Source: Epiperipatus broadwayi
Taxonomy: Eukaryota; Animalia; Onychophora
Direction of reading: 5' to 3'
Length of the DNA: 64,000 bases
Assembly (NCBI GenBank): GCA_028023455.1
Contig: JAQFVV010000006.1
Span: 17,794,001 to 17,858,000, forward strand
This document shows, in pieces, positions 40,430 to 52,659 of the stretch (positions within the stretch are counted from its first letter, which is position 1; each line of letters begins with the position of its first letter). Made by a program: the position numbers and the translations under genes. The notes under the pieces were generated by a model. It was not told the DNA's origin. It ran no database searches and worked only from the letters and a program-made list of their open reading frames with translations.

Positions 40430-41413
40430 CACCTGGGTTTTGTTTTATGTGGATTATTTTAATGCAATTTTGAAGTTATGCGATTCATGTTTCTTCTTAA
40501 TATCTTTTATATTTCACTATATTTATTAGATATCAAAAAATTTAAATTATTAATAACTTATTTTGACTTAAAATACTTTTTTTTTCAAAAATATAATGTT
40601 ATATTAGCAGCTAACATGAATATGGCCTGATATGGCCTGAAGCTGTATTTAGAATTTTAGCTTCTATGTAAATAACCCATTTATACTAATGAGTAAATAA
40701 TAATAATAAATTTATACTTACATATAAAAATATTGCAATAAATATTCAAAAAAATTAAACTTTTAAACCTATTTTGCTATATATAACAGAAATAAATAAT
40801 CTTTTAGATTTTTTAAAATAAAAAATGAAGATTTTATAAACTGAAAATAATCTTTCTAATGATAATGTATAATCTTTTTGTTTTGATTGCAATCTTATTT
40901 TTTAATATAGAAACAGGAAACCATTAACACAGCACAAGACTGAAAGTGGCGCTAGTTGTACATCACATCACAAATAAAAATAAAGTGGCTAACAGGTTTT
41001 TCTGGGCATAATTGCTGAGAGATACTTGACTTCATTTAAGGAGAAGCCACAATACACCACATCACATCGAATCTGATTTCTTACCAGTTTACAAATGAAT
41101 GCTAGCAGTAATGATTAAAATATGTATGAAAAATGTAAAATTAAATACAGTAGTTAATAAAAAAAGTAAAAAAAGTCTTGTATTAATTTTTTTTCAAATA
41201 TTTGAAATTTTTTATTAGTCATACTTTATTTGCTTATTTTTTTAATGCGAATTTTAAAATAATTTTTTCTTGTTGCTTTGCTTTTATGCGAATTCTGAAA
41301 AATACAGAACCTATTTCCCATTTTTCAAGGTAAGTTAAGTCTATTTTTGTGCGATTTTTTTTAATGTGGGTTTTCTATGGAACCTATCTACTGCATAAAA
41401 TGAGACCCAGGTG
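40430..41413. mobile_element. MITE copy 2 (opposite orientation), TA TSD, carrying a ~90-bp LINE-tail insertion
   Basis: ta|cacctgggttttgttttatg ... gcataaaatgagacccaggtg|ta. Confidence 0.8.
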
Positions 41414-43734
41414 TATTAGAAAATATTTTTTATGAATGAAAGGGGGGAGTGTTGTTAAATTGTGTTTTTAGCAGTAAAAGTATTATATATATGGTGTGTA
41501 TCTATTTAAAATCAATTATTGATAGCACCATACCAATTGATGAATTGTATATTTTTGAGGGGAAATAAAACAACTATCTATCTAAATATCCATTGATCTG
41601 GTTCTTGCAAACCTACAAACTATGCACTATTAAAGTACATAATTTCAATTAAAGGCTATCCAAAAAAATGTTAAATTCACAAAATGTAAATAAACATCTG
41701 GAAAAAACAACAACATTAAAATTCGCAAATTTAATATATTTTACAAACCTCAAACAGTCTTTTTTTTTTCTGAGTGCTATAAAGGATCATGTTTTTTTTT
41801 GTTAAAAAAAAAAAAAAGATAAAATTTGTAACAAATTTTAAATTATGTCAGAAGTCATTTTTCCATCTTAGAATACTGTCAATAATCGCACTCATGAATA
41901 AAATGTCTTTGATTTATGTCGAAAGCACATATATTTTTTTCTTTTTTTTTCTTTTTAATTTCTTGCTAAGAATAGCTAGATATCCATTTTCCAATAAGAA
42001 TATGGATAGTTGTTTTTTCCAGAAGCTGGTTACCTGTAAAAATTCTAATCTTACTTAAAAGTTAACAATCATTTAATATAAATATATTTCTTTTAATTGA
42101 GAATTTTTAACCAGACTTAGTTAAGAACCCCCAGACCCTAGACCATGCAAACAAGAGAGCCTGTATAGTATATTTAGATGTAAATATTAATTCTTATTAA
42201 GCGCAATGTCAGCACAAGCGCCTTCTGTGCTTAATTTGTAGAGGTCTCTCTTGTAATAAAATTAAACACACAAGGCGCATGTACTAAGGTTATAACCTTA
42301 TATAAATATATTTAGATGTGTAAGTTTATATTGATGTGTAGGTATCTATTTATAAGTGGTATGTTAATGTATGTATACATATGCATAAGTAAAACCGTAT
42401 TTTTAAAGCCTCCCCCCCCCTCGCCTGTTAAAATTGTATTACTAATTATATATGTTTTAACTACATATTGATTTAATAAGAAATAAATATTGAATTTTTA
42501 TCTTACAATTTACATTTTTAAACTACATTTTTAATTAAGCACCATTAAAATTTAATTAACACTGCCTTTCAATAATCTTCCATTAAGGATATTCAATAAA
42601 AGTGTATAAAAAATTACCTGGATGATATGAATTTACCATTATAGATTTTTTTTAAAGGTGTTTTATGTCAATAAAAATGGTATTGGACTTGGCGGCATAA
42701 ATTCTAAAAATAAAATGTCTTCATGCAATATTATATGTTTCAAAAATTGCTTTTATTTACAAATAAAAAATATTTCAAACTGAAGGAAGAGTTACTTATT
42801 TATACTATCAATAGCTGGAAGTATATAAGGGTTTAAAAAAGCTAATGGTTTTTAAACCATTCTAATCCATTAATTCGGCTCTGCAAAGTTTAATAGAGTG
42901 ACGCAATCGCAACTCAGCGCTGTTTCTTCCGATATTCAAAGGTCATCTGACCTCCTGTGAAACAAATTATTTAAATAAGCTATTTTTGGTAGCCGTTAAT
43001 ATTAATGTGGGATTAAAAAAAACTTATATTAATAATGACTCAACATATTATAATATTAAAGTTCGTGCTTGCTTGAATTATGTACTTATTCATAATCATT
43101 TTTGGGTTTTATCAAATTTCATTATAGGATGAAGATGACGGTTTATCCAAATTTAATACATTTTCTGTGATTCATAATATCTCGTTTGTACTTTTATCTT
43201 CTCACAATTTGTCTTTTTCTAGATCTTTTACTATTTTTGGAATCCAGATAAATACTTCAGTTGTTCAATTAGTAACTATCATTGCATCCAATTCAATTCT
43301 ATTTCATGTATTTATTATACTATAAAAAGCTAAAGATTATATATTCTGAAGCCATTTAAAGATCCTACAATAAAAGAAGCATTTATTATAAGTGCAATAA
43401 TTGTAATATTCTTAGTACAACCAGTGGTGAATTAGATCTGAAAGGTGTAGCAAAATATATGTAAACACACATTTGGACGTATATAATTAAAATAGCTAAT
43501 CAAACTGCAAAAAAAAAGTGTCTAATTAAATTGTCAACCATATCAATATTAATAACTACTGTAAGACTATATTTATTTTGATTCTTAACTCTGAGGTCCT
43601 GTTTGTCTTTTTTAAGATTTGATTATATGAGCAGTCAAGTTTAATAAGAAAATGTGTAATAACTAAAGATTTTAGATCTAAATTACATTTAAGAATATGC
43701 TTCTTAAATTATGTATAATAATCATATGTATAAT

Positions 43735-43880
43735 ATATAGGATACATGAGCACAGACTTTCACATGACCCATCACTCTCCACTCCATCTCATAACACTAA
43801 TGCACTTGAACACATATATGTCGAAAATATAAATACTCACCAATACACGTATGGTCCAGATTATCATATGTATAGTAATT
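43735..43880 (-). repeat. Family B fragment (59-kb subfamily) with the ribozyme core deleted
   Basis: caccaatacacgta|tggtccagattatc versus caccagtacatgta-tttcatgttaaaccagcactcatcagt-tggtccagattatc at 59191-59245. Confidence 0.55.
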
Positions 43881-44514
43881 AGCTTCAGGGATTTTATTTT
43901 GTGGAATCTACTACTTATACAGATGTGTAATTTCTGGAAATGATCAACTTTCCAAACACTTTTAATATCAATGCAGTTTTTGTTACATTGTCAAACAAAC
44001 GCAAAATGATTATTTATGTCTGTTTATTTGGAACTTATAGAGATGGAAAATATGCCAAGACATATTAAAAAAAACTTCAAATCAAACCCAGGTGTAAACA
44101 CAGTTTTTTTTCCGGTATGATTAACATTAATCTGCATGCTGTCGAGTTAATTTCTATATCATTAAACAATATTTGTGAATTAATAATCAAATATCAAATA
44201 TATATTAAGTATATATATAAGTGTAATAATGATCAAAGCTAAATGGGTTTGTAAGTAATCATTAAAAACCAATCAACACTTAGACAATCCCAATATGAAT
44301 AACAATCAACAATTTCAAACTGTTGTCAAGGCAATCTCTTTTTTAACACTTATTAGGGATTCCACATTTATTGTTAAAAAGGAGGTTGCCTTGACAACAG
44401 TTTGAAATTGTTGATTGTTATTCATATTGGGATTGTCTAAGTCAGGGGAAGAGCCAAATCTGATGCAACAATTTAAAAAATTATTCGAGAGCCATAACTA
44501 TATTTTTACAAAGC

Positions 44515-44556
44515 TTCTCACTGATGAAAACACAAAACTAGAAACCAGTCTGGAGA
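44515..44556 (+). ncRNA. Diverged family-A-like hammerhead motif downstream of a 67-bp-arm hairpin (44280-44441)
   Basis: ttctca|ctgatga|aaacacaaaacta|gaaa|ccagtc|tggaga, followed by tattgga as in family A. Stem II is decayed. Confidence 0.5.
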
Positions 44557-45049
44557 TATTGGATTGTATAGCATTGGGTGGACATTTATTAATCATACAC
44601 TAGGTGGCATAATAATGATGAGAAAAAGGAATTTGCTGATAAACAAAGTATAGACTTAAATTATATATGTTATCAACTAAGTTGTTCCACCTGATCATGG
44701 TCAGTAATATGATATCTCATTCTAGTTCATAAAATGTTGAATAAAAATGGAAATACTATATTAATTTTAAGAATATTCACATAAATTGATGCAATTGAAA
44801 ATTTTAAAAACTGATATAGAGATTATTTATATTATAAACAGTGCTTAGCTATTATAAAGAGACCAAAGCAATTCATAATGACCCCTTTGAGTTTTAGGAG
44901 CTCTTTAGTTTTACATATATATTCTTTAAAAAAATTATGGTATATATTCCTAAATATTTAAAAGGACTTTTTTTGAAAATTTATATAGGGGACAAAAATT
45001 CTAACTGTGACACTGATAATGAAATCTATGAACATTTAATAGACTATAT

Positions 45050-45325
45050 AGTATGGAATCATTGAAAAATATTAAGGATTGAAGTGTAGTTGAGATGGAC
45101 ATATTGCTAGAAGAGATGACAGTAGATGGGTAGTTAAAATCTTAGACTGGATTCCAAGAGATTGTAAAGGACCTAGAAAGAGACCACATGTGAGATGGAT
45201 AGATGAAATAAGAAAGGATACTGGGGTGATGCGGAGAAAAAAGACTAGAGATCAGACAAGATATATTGAAATTGGAAAGACCTTCGTCTTGCAATGGATC
45301 ATTGAAAATGATGATGATATTATGT
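45050..45325 (+). mobile_element. RTE-clade LINE 3' end with (GAT)n tail
   Basis: GHIARRDDSRW...LDWIPR...RPHVRWIDEI...GKTFVLQW, then aatgatgatgat. Confidence 0.8.
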
Positions 45326-46029
45326 GTTGTTCAATTCTCCACATTATTATTAATTGCATATTTTTGGAAAATTCATAAACAAGATTTAAATTAAATTTAT
45401 TTCCTCAGCTATTTATCAAATTAACAAAATTTCTAAACAAATTTGCCGATTTAAAAAAAATGATTTTAAGTTTTTATATTTTCTTTTTATATCAAAACCA
45501 TTTTTCAATATTACAAACTTTCATTTTTATTAAATCATTTTACATAAAATCATTATAAATTTCAAATGAAGTCATTTATGATCATAACGACAAAGATTAC
45601 AAATATTAGCATGTATTTTAAATTTACAATATTTTAAAAATATTTTTGTAATTTGCACATTTTACAAATAAATACATATTTATAAGAATAACTATGTATG
45701 TGGTGCTCTAGCACTGAAAGTGCATAAAACAATAAAACTGGGGGTGTTTCCATGTATGCTTGAAGTTTATTATATTTATAAATAGTACATTCAAAATATT
45801 GTTTTATTACACTAAATTATCCAATTTTTATAATACTACAGAGATAAATAAAATGACGCTATATCCAATCATTTTTCAACTTTCCCTAAACAAACAACTC
45901 ATTCTTGAGCAATTAGTCTTAATATTTTTTTATTTAAATTTTGGTAGTTGTCAGTTCACATACTGTGGCCGCTAGGTGACGCTGTAGTGCCATCAAAGAA
46001 AGTAGTTTATTGTTTAAGGCTTGAACAGG

Positions 46030-46412
46030 ATCTTTAGCTACAAGAGAATATACATGTAAATGGAAAAATATGTGTGATTTATTTTGTAAATTATGTAAGG
46101 AAGGAATAGAAAATATTAGGCATTTGTTAACTGAATGTAAATGCTTGAAAACAGAAATGGTACATATAATGAAGTTATGGAAGAATAAATATGAAAAAAG
46201 TGATTATACAGAAAGTGGATTATTGGTTTTTATGTTGAGTTTGGGAAAAGATAAGAGGGAAATTAGATATTAAGACTGGATGGAGCAGAATATGGAAAAA
46301 CTTAGAGTGGGGAATGGAAAATTAAGTGGCTAACAGGTTTATCTGGGCATAATTGGTCAGATATTCTTGACTTCATTTAAGGAGAAGCCAGAGTACATCA
46401 CATCACATCACT
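46030..46412 (+). mobile_element. LINE 3' end with C-terminal CCHC zinc finger and (ACATC)n tail
   Basis: CKLCKEGIENIRHLLTEC, and a tail ending gacttcatttaaggagaagcc...acatcacatcacatcac that is also present at 40980-41068. Confidence 0.65.
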
Positions 46413-47465
46413 AAGAAACATGCAAGTGATAATTTTTCTCTCTGAAAATCACTGAAATCGATGTAAAATTATAATGCCTAAGACAAGACATCTGAAAAAT
46501 CGCTGAATTTGGTAAAATTAAAACACCTAAGGTAGGACATCCAAATCGATCAAAAGTAAGTAAAAAATCAAGTAAAAAAATCAGTTAAATACACAATCTC
46601 CCCCCCCACACATATTTTATTTAATAACTTTTGTTTACAAATTTAAAGACTTTTGGCAAAAAAATGTTCATTTATTAAACAATATCTGGAAATTTACTCA
46701 TAGTGTATACTTTAAAGGTTGCCTTGATAACAAATTCAAGATTTTGGGCATAGACTAGGATGGGATGCTTTGTGTCAATTACATTTTATGAAACATCAAA
46801 TTTTGAGAGCTATTTATATATATTTCCATACACCAATTACATTTAGCCCATCAATGTGTGGGCATGGATATAGTTATCCTACTTTTTTTGTTTTATAATT
46901 AAAAAAATAAGTGAAATCTTATTACTTCAGACAATTGCCCTAATTATAACACTCTATTCATGCACTAGATATTATATATTTCTCAAACAATTTGGTTAGT
47001 GCAATAGCAAAATGGTGAACAGGAGAGATAACAGTCATGGACCACATCTTAGTTATGCAGTTCTGGCCATCTGATGTTTTATGATCTTCCAGGTGACAAA
47101 TCATTTGCATATTAACATAGAACATATGGTTCTTCACACACAAGATTCTCTACTTAATAAATAATATTTCTGTATTGTAATTTCCACTACAGCACTCTAA
47201 TGCAAGATAAGAACTGGTTTCTATCTCCTTTCAATATCTTGTGGAGAGATGTAATTGTAAACTTATGACCAAAGATATGTGAAAAAGATGTATGAGAAAT
47301 GTATGGGTAAGATATTGTAATTTAGGTCAACTGATGACTGCTGATTAAGCATGAAATGTGCATCTTGGGGGATTGTAGATCTTTTTCACCTGTGTAATTA
47401 TAAATATGTGACCAAAGATATGTGAAAAGATGTATGAAAACAATATATGTAAGAGATCAGATCTG

Positions 47466-47510
47466 GGCCAACTGATGAGTGCTGGTTCAGCATGAAATGT
47501 GCATTTTGGA
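47466..47510 (+). ncRNA. Family B minimal hammerhead motif
   Basis: ggccaa|ctgatga|gtgct-ggttc-agcat|gaaa|tgtgcat-t|ttgga. Confidence 0.75.
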
Positions 47511-47789
47511 AATCATATATCTTTTTCACATGTCTTTGATCATATGTTTAGGTTTACACTCCTCCACAAGGTGATAAAAGGGATAGAAACCAGTCCCTAT
47601 CTTGCCTGATATAGTGAAAATTACACTACAGAAATATTATTCATTAAATGGATAATCTCTAGTTTAATGAATAACTAATAAAAATTATTAATATACTTTC
47701 ATTAAGTGATTTATGTCAAAGTTGTAAGAGCAACATATTTGACATTTATGAATTAAACTGTAATTTTATATGTAAGAGAATGTGGTCTA

Positions 47790-47835
47790 GGCCAACTGAT
47801 GAGTGCAAGTTTAGCATGAAATGTGCATCTTGGGA
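47790..47835 (+). ncRNA. Family B minimal hammerhead motif
   Basis: ggccaa|ctgatga|gtgc-aagttta-gcat|gaaa|tgtgcat-c|ttggga. Stem I ccaa/ttgg, stem III atg/cat, AUC triplet. Confidence 0.8.
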
Positions 47836-49619
47836 ATCATAGATATTTTTCACATGTCTTTGGTCATGTGATTATGATTACACCATCCACAAGGTGTTAA
47901 AAGCAGGTAGAAAACATTCATCACCTTGCATAAGAGTGATGCAGTGATAATTATACTATAGAAATGTTATTCATTAAGTGGGTAATCTCTAATCTAATAT
48001 TAGGTTGACTAACAAAAATTATTAATATGTTTCTATTAAGCAGTTTGTGTCAAAGTTGTGAGAGCAGCGCATTTGACACATCATTTAAACTATATTAATT
48101 GATCATCTATATATACTGAACAATGATAAAGTTATGTGCAAGAAATTTTGGTCTGGGACAACCGATGGGTGCAGGCAGGTTCAGCATGAAATGTGCATCT
48201 TGGCGATCGTAAATATTTTTCACATCTTTAGTCATATGTTTGTGGATTATACCTCTCCTCAGGGTATTACAAACAGGCAGAAACCAATCACTACCTTGCA
48301 TGAGAGTGAAAATTACACTACTGAAATATTATACACAGTCAAAATGTTAGAGTTAGTGATTCCCAGAATGCATTTTCGCATCTGTTACTATATGTAAAGA
48401 AGTGATATGATTAATTGTGTTACATTAAGATGTACAAAAACATTTAACTGTTAAGAATACTTTTGATTTAAATATTTTCAATTAGTCAACAAATACTAAC
48501 CTCTAGTATGTCAACATATTTTTTTTTTTTTAAAGCACTTTACAACAGATATTTTTCGTTATCAAAATATTATTATTATTTTATTAGAAATCCTTTGTTT
48601 TATATTGTCATCTCTTTGTCTCATTCAATGTTTACTCCTTCTGCTTCATTGTACGATTGTGAATAATCTCGTATTGAATTGTGGCTTTGTCTGAATGCAA
48701 TGTATTTAAATATTCTAGAAATTTTTACTGAAGCAAAGAACACATGAATTTCACGCTTGAAATGAATATTTTATTAACTCCAGTTAGCAGTATTGATGTT
48801 TTCACCAGCAGCATTTTCTTCCGTGCTTGGAATATTTTACATTTTCAATATATAGTACACTACTATTGATATTTTATAGCCGGCCAATAGTCGATCAAAA
48901 TCCATTATGCAAAACAGAGAGAAAGAAAAAAAACATCTACAATATTTAAGCATTAGCAAAAAGTGAAAAAAATAATCTTGCTTTTAAATAAATGTTTGAG
49001 ATTTTCCCATTTAAATGTTTTATTAAAACAAATTTAATCCAATATTGTTTTTCTTCTTTTTTAATCTAATAATCAATTCCAAACAATAATAATGTGAACA
49101 AAAGAGAAAAATCTTATAATAATTAATTCATTATTTTTTTTCTTATTAAAGTATTATTACTATAATACCATTCTTAAATGATATTTTAAATTTCAATATT
49201 GTCTAAATCTCCCCCCCCCTCCCCGTTTTTAAAATCCAATAATTATATTTAAATGATAAAAATGTTTTACGCAAGAAGACGTTTACTATTAATGCTTTGC
49301 TTTTTTACTTTTAATTAAATAAATTTATATTGGAATTAAAACTTTAACAAATTTTAAAACTATAACTTAACTTTCTTTAAATGTTAAGATTAAAATGTTT
49401 GAAATTTCTTCTAGAAAATGTAGCGCTTTGGCCATGGGTAATTTCGTTTAGAAAAAAAAAAGCTATTTTTGACCACAACATTAGCTTGAGCGTTTAGCTA
49501 AGGGATAGAATGAGGATCCTGGATTAAAGTTCAACTTGTTATTGCTAGTACTTCCGATGGATTAACTATTTGGATGATGACTATTTCCGTACAGGGAATC
49601 AAATACTAGTTGGAAGCCA

Positions 49620-50030
49620 AAAGCAGAACAAACGCTCCATACAGTAGTGGCACCCCAATGCAAACCTTAGTAATCAAAGGATGCAAGAAGATATGTGCAT
49701 AAAATCCCTATCATCCAATATCCCTAGACTAGTTTCTAGCCTGTGACTTTCATCAGTGAGGAGGCTTGGATCTGCACCTAGATCTTAGGATATAATGCAA
49801 CCCTTCAGCAGACATTTTTTACCTATTTAGTGAATCCAAGATGAAAATACAATAATGTTTTCAATCCAAGCTCCTTCACTTATCTAGACTTATACATCTG
49901 AATCTAGTTCAGTATCTAAATATTTTGGTGTATTTTGTCTTCTTAAAAACCATAGTCACCACCATCCTATGAATAGGATTGGTATAAAACATCACATGAT
50001 TACCCTACTTAATTTAAAGCTATTAAAAAT
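49620..50030 (-). mobile_element. Family A diverged copy A5 (~1.1 monomer; HHR 49721-49762 minus)
   Basis: Reverse complement tcctca|ctgatga|aagtcacaggcta|gaaa|ctagtc|taggga. Runs through the head-tail junction catcacatgattacc. Confidence 0.8.
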
Positions 50031-50049
50031 TTGAAAGACAAATTAGTCT

Positions 50050-50950
50050 TGATATAAACATATAGCCACATGTGAGCAGTGGGTCAAAAATTAGTTGGGA
50101 AAGCAGTACCAGGTTTAATGTTTGGGAGAGATGCCATAATGGAAATTTACTAATTTCTCCATACATTTTACAACTGGTGCAAATGTCATTTTACATTTGG
50201 CATAGTAATTTAATATATGAAAAAATATTAAAATGTTTATTAAGAGTGTTTGGTTGATTGATCGAAACCAAAAATTATATATAATAAAATATTACTTTTC
50301 ATAGTGGAGAAAATCCAAGACAAATCAGGGAAACAACATCTTTGAATGTGAATATCCAGATACTTGATGAATTAATTCATGGTAAGATTGAATTAATAAG
50401 TTTTTGCATGAGGGAAGCAAAAAAATGATTGAAAATGTTTGGGGTGTTTCAATTTATGGATAATAATAGATAGCTTCTGCAGTTTCAATTAGATTTTAAG
50501 GAAATTACAATTCACAAGTTGAATAAGAAAGATGGTAGGATATGTCCTCAAATTGGACAAGTGGGATAAATGTGTTATCAAATTGTTACCCTTGTTTTTA
50601 TTAATATTATTAATAATGAAAATACAGAAAGATGGATGAGGAATGTAGAACATAAGAGTTCATGTATAGATGTAAGTAAATAATATATTTACAATAATAT
50701 GATCTAATATTTTATTGCTAGGGAATTTAATAAAAGTTTGAGTAAGAGAATATTATATAGCTGAATCTCAGTCTATGGACTTTGGAATCCAAAGCTGGCC
50801 ACCCTGTCAGTGTACCAAATGATGCAGAGAATTACCAGTAATGATCCTTTTTACGATAATAGAAAGAAGAGTGGGATATTTTTTAAAACTAAACAGGATT
50901 CTGGCAAGATGAGAATATATGTTTTGTAAATTATATCAAAAAATAAAGGT
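50050..50950 (+). mobile_element. Possible very decayed non-LTR retrotransposon remnant
   Basis: Purine-rich coding-like strand with weak RT-like words (LISPYIL) and many stops. Confidence 0.3.
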
Positions 50951-51869
50951 AATGCCAGAAAATTGGAATAGAAAATAAAATAGAATTGCCCTTTTTAAAA
51001 TTATGGAATATTTAAAGTAATAGAGAGAGAAATATGATGATTAAAATGTTTCATTATGCTTTTTGATTAAAAAGAAAGTCATCTTTATTTCATTGTCAAT
51101 TACCTATGGAATTATGTTGGCTATATTTACAATATATCAAAAAATCCATTCTAAGATTTAATATTATTATAGTGTCATATTTTGTTGTAATAATGTTATT
51201 TGCCAATGTTTGCTCCCATATATTCTGCCAATAGATCAATGGTGCTTCAGTTAGTTCAGCTTAAATCCATTTTCTTGATCCAAATGATCCAGTAATATCA
51301 CTGTTAATAGGTTTTTCCCTTTCAGGTTGAGAACAATTACGAGTGTTTTTGATAAAGATCTTTTTTTTATATTTAGATTTCAAACATGAAGACATATATT
51401 TTCCATAGTTTATTTATATATTTATGATTTTTCTTTTGTAAATCTTTATTTTTTGATAAGATGAAACACAGATTTCATTTAAAAAGATTTGATTTTAGAA
51501 GATAAGTTGGGAGAAGTGTGATAATCTAAGTCAGAATACTTGCATAATTACCATAACAGATTTTCTGCCATGATAAAATAAATGTTTTAAATGAAGATAT
51601 GATTTCATTGCTTTTGCTTGAGTTTTAGAAATGTAGTTAAAATAAATTTTATTTTAATACATTTTTATCAACAATTGAAAACTAATAAAATCCATGACTC
51701 TGATTGCGTTTCCATTTATATTCCTTTTTTATATATATTTGCAAAATTGAAATGTTTTTTTTAATAATAGTTTTCATTTGAAAACTTATATTTCTAAAAA
51801 ATAATTTTAAAAAACCCAATAAACTATCACCTGACTACAACACATGACATTAGCTTATATACTGCTGTC

Positions 51870-52230
51870 ATAGCAACATTTTTCATCATCTCTCTGCCAC
51901 TTATTGTAACAGATGCCAGATGATAGCACTTATTAAATCCCTATCCTGCATTATGCTATCCAATATTTCTAGACTAATTTTAAATATCATTTTTGTCAGT
52001 GAGGCACTCTAAATCATGAACTGGTGCACTATGACCTTTAGGTACATCTAAGGCCCCCTTCTTCCAACACTTACTTTTTACCTTACTGATGAAATCCATA
52101 AGTTTGAAACTAGTTTAGAGATATTGAGTAGGATAGCACAGGGTAAGGATTTAATTAGCATTATCATCTGGCATCTATTAGTTACTAAAGCTTACACTAG
52201 ATGGTGCAGAGAAGGTGAAAATGATTTGAA
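51870..52230. mobile_element. Diverged family-A-like fold-back (HHR-like 52081-52120 plus, 51967-52004 minus)
   Basis: cctta|ctgatga|aatccataagttt|gaaa|ctagtt|tagaga. Arms acagatgccagatgata...aaatccctatcctg / cagggtaaggattt...tatcatctggcatct. Confidence 0.6.
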
Positions 52231-52659
52231 AATTGTGGAAATATAATAAAGAATAAAAGTTAATTTGTTAAAATAAAAAGTTTTGAAATTTAATCCAAAT
52301 AATAACTTAGGACTATCATAAATTATAAATAGCTAAAACGTTAATCTATGGTTAAATATTTTTTTTACTAAAAATTAATCTTACAGTGGGTAGAGGTTTA
52401 GAAGTTTTTTTGAACAGAACTTCATCACGTGAAATATCATTTATTGTGGGATTTAACTTGACAGCTTTTATTCCTGTACTAATTAAAATCGAATAGAATT
52501 TATTCTGCTCAATAATATTATTGCTCATATCATCACTGTTTACACTTCAACATTAAATTCAGAGAATTCAGAAAAAGAAGCTTTTGCCCCTTCTTGGGTA
52601 ATATAGGAATTAATATCAATAAAAGACCAATTTCTTTTACAACATTAATCTATAAAATA

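Larger units (their letters stand above)
47136..48330. repeat. Family B retrozyme-like array: four + strand HHR motifs, tandem monomers of 324 and 366 bp, with 5' inversions
   Basis: HHR cores start at 47331, 47472, 47796 and 48162. Shared gaaatgtgcatcttgg...tttttcacatgtctttggtca...gtagaaacc...gtgaaaattacactac blocks. 47136-47300 and about 47405-47440 are inverted. Confidence 0.85.

Noticed and set aside
49500-49600. 5S rRNA-derived SINE-like fragment (ctagtactt..gatgg)
   Set aside because: The resemblance is short and degenerate. It needs an alignment to support a call.
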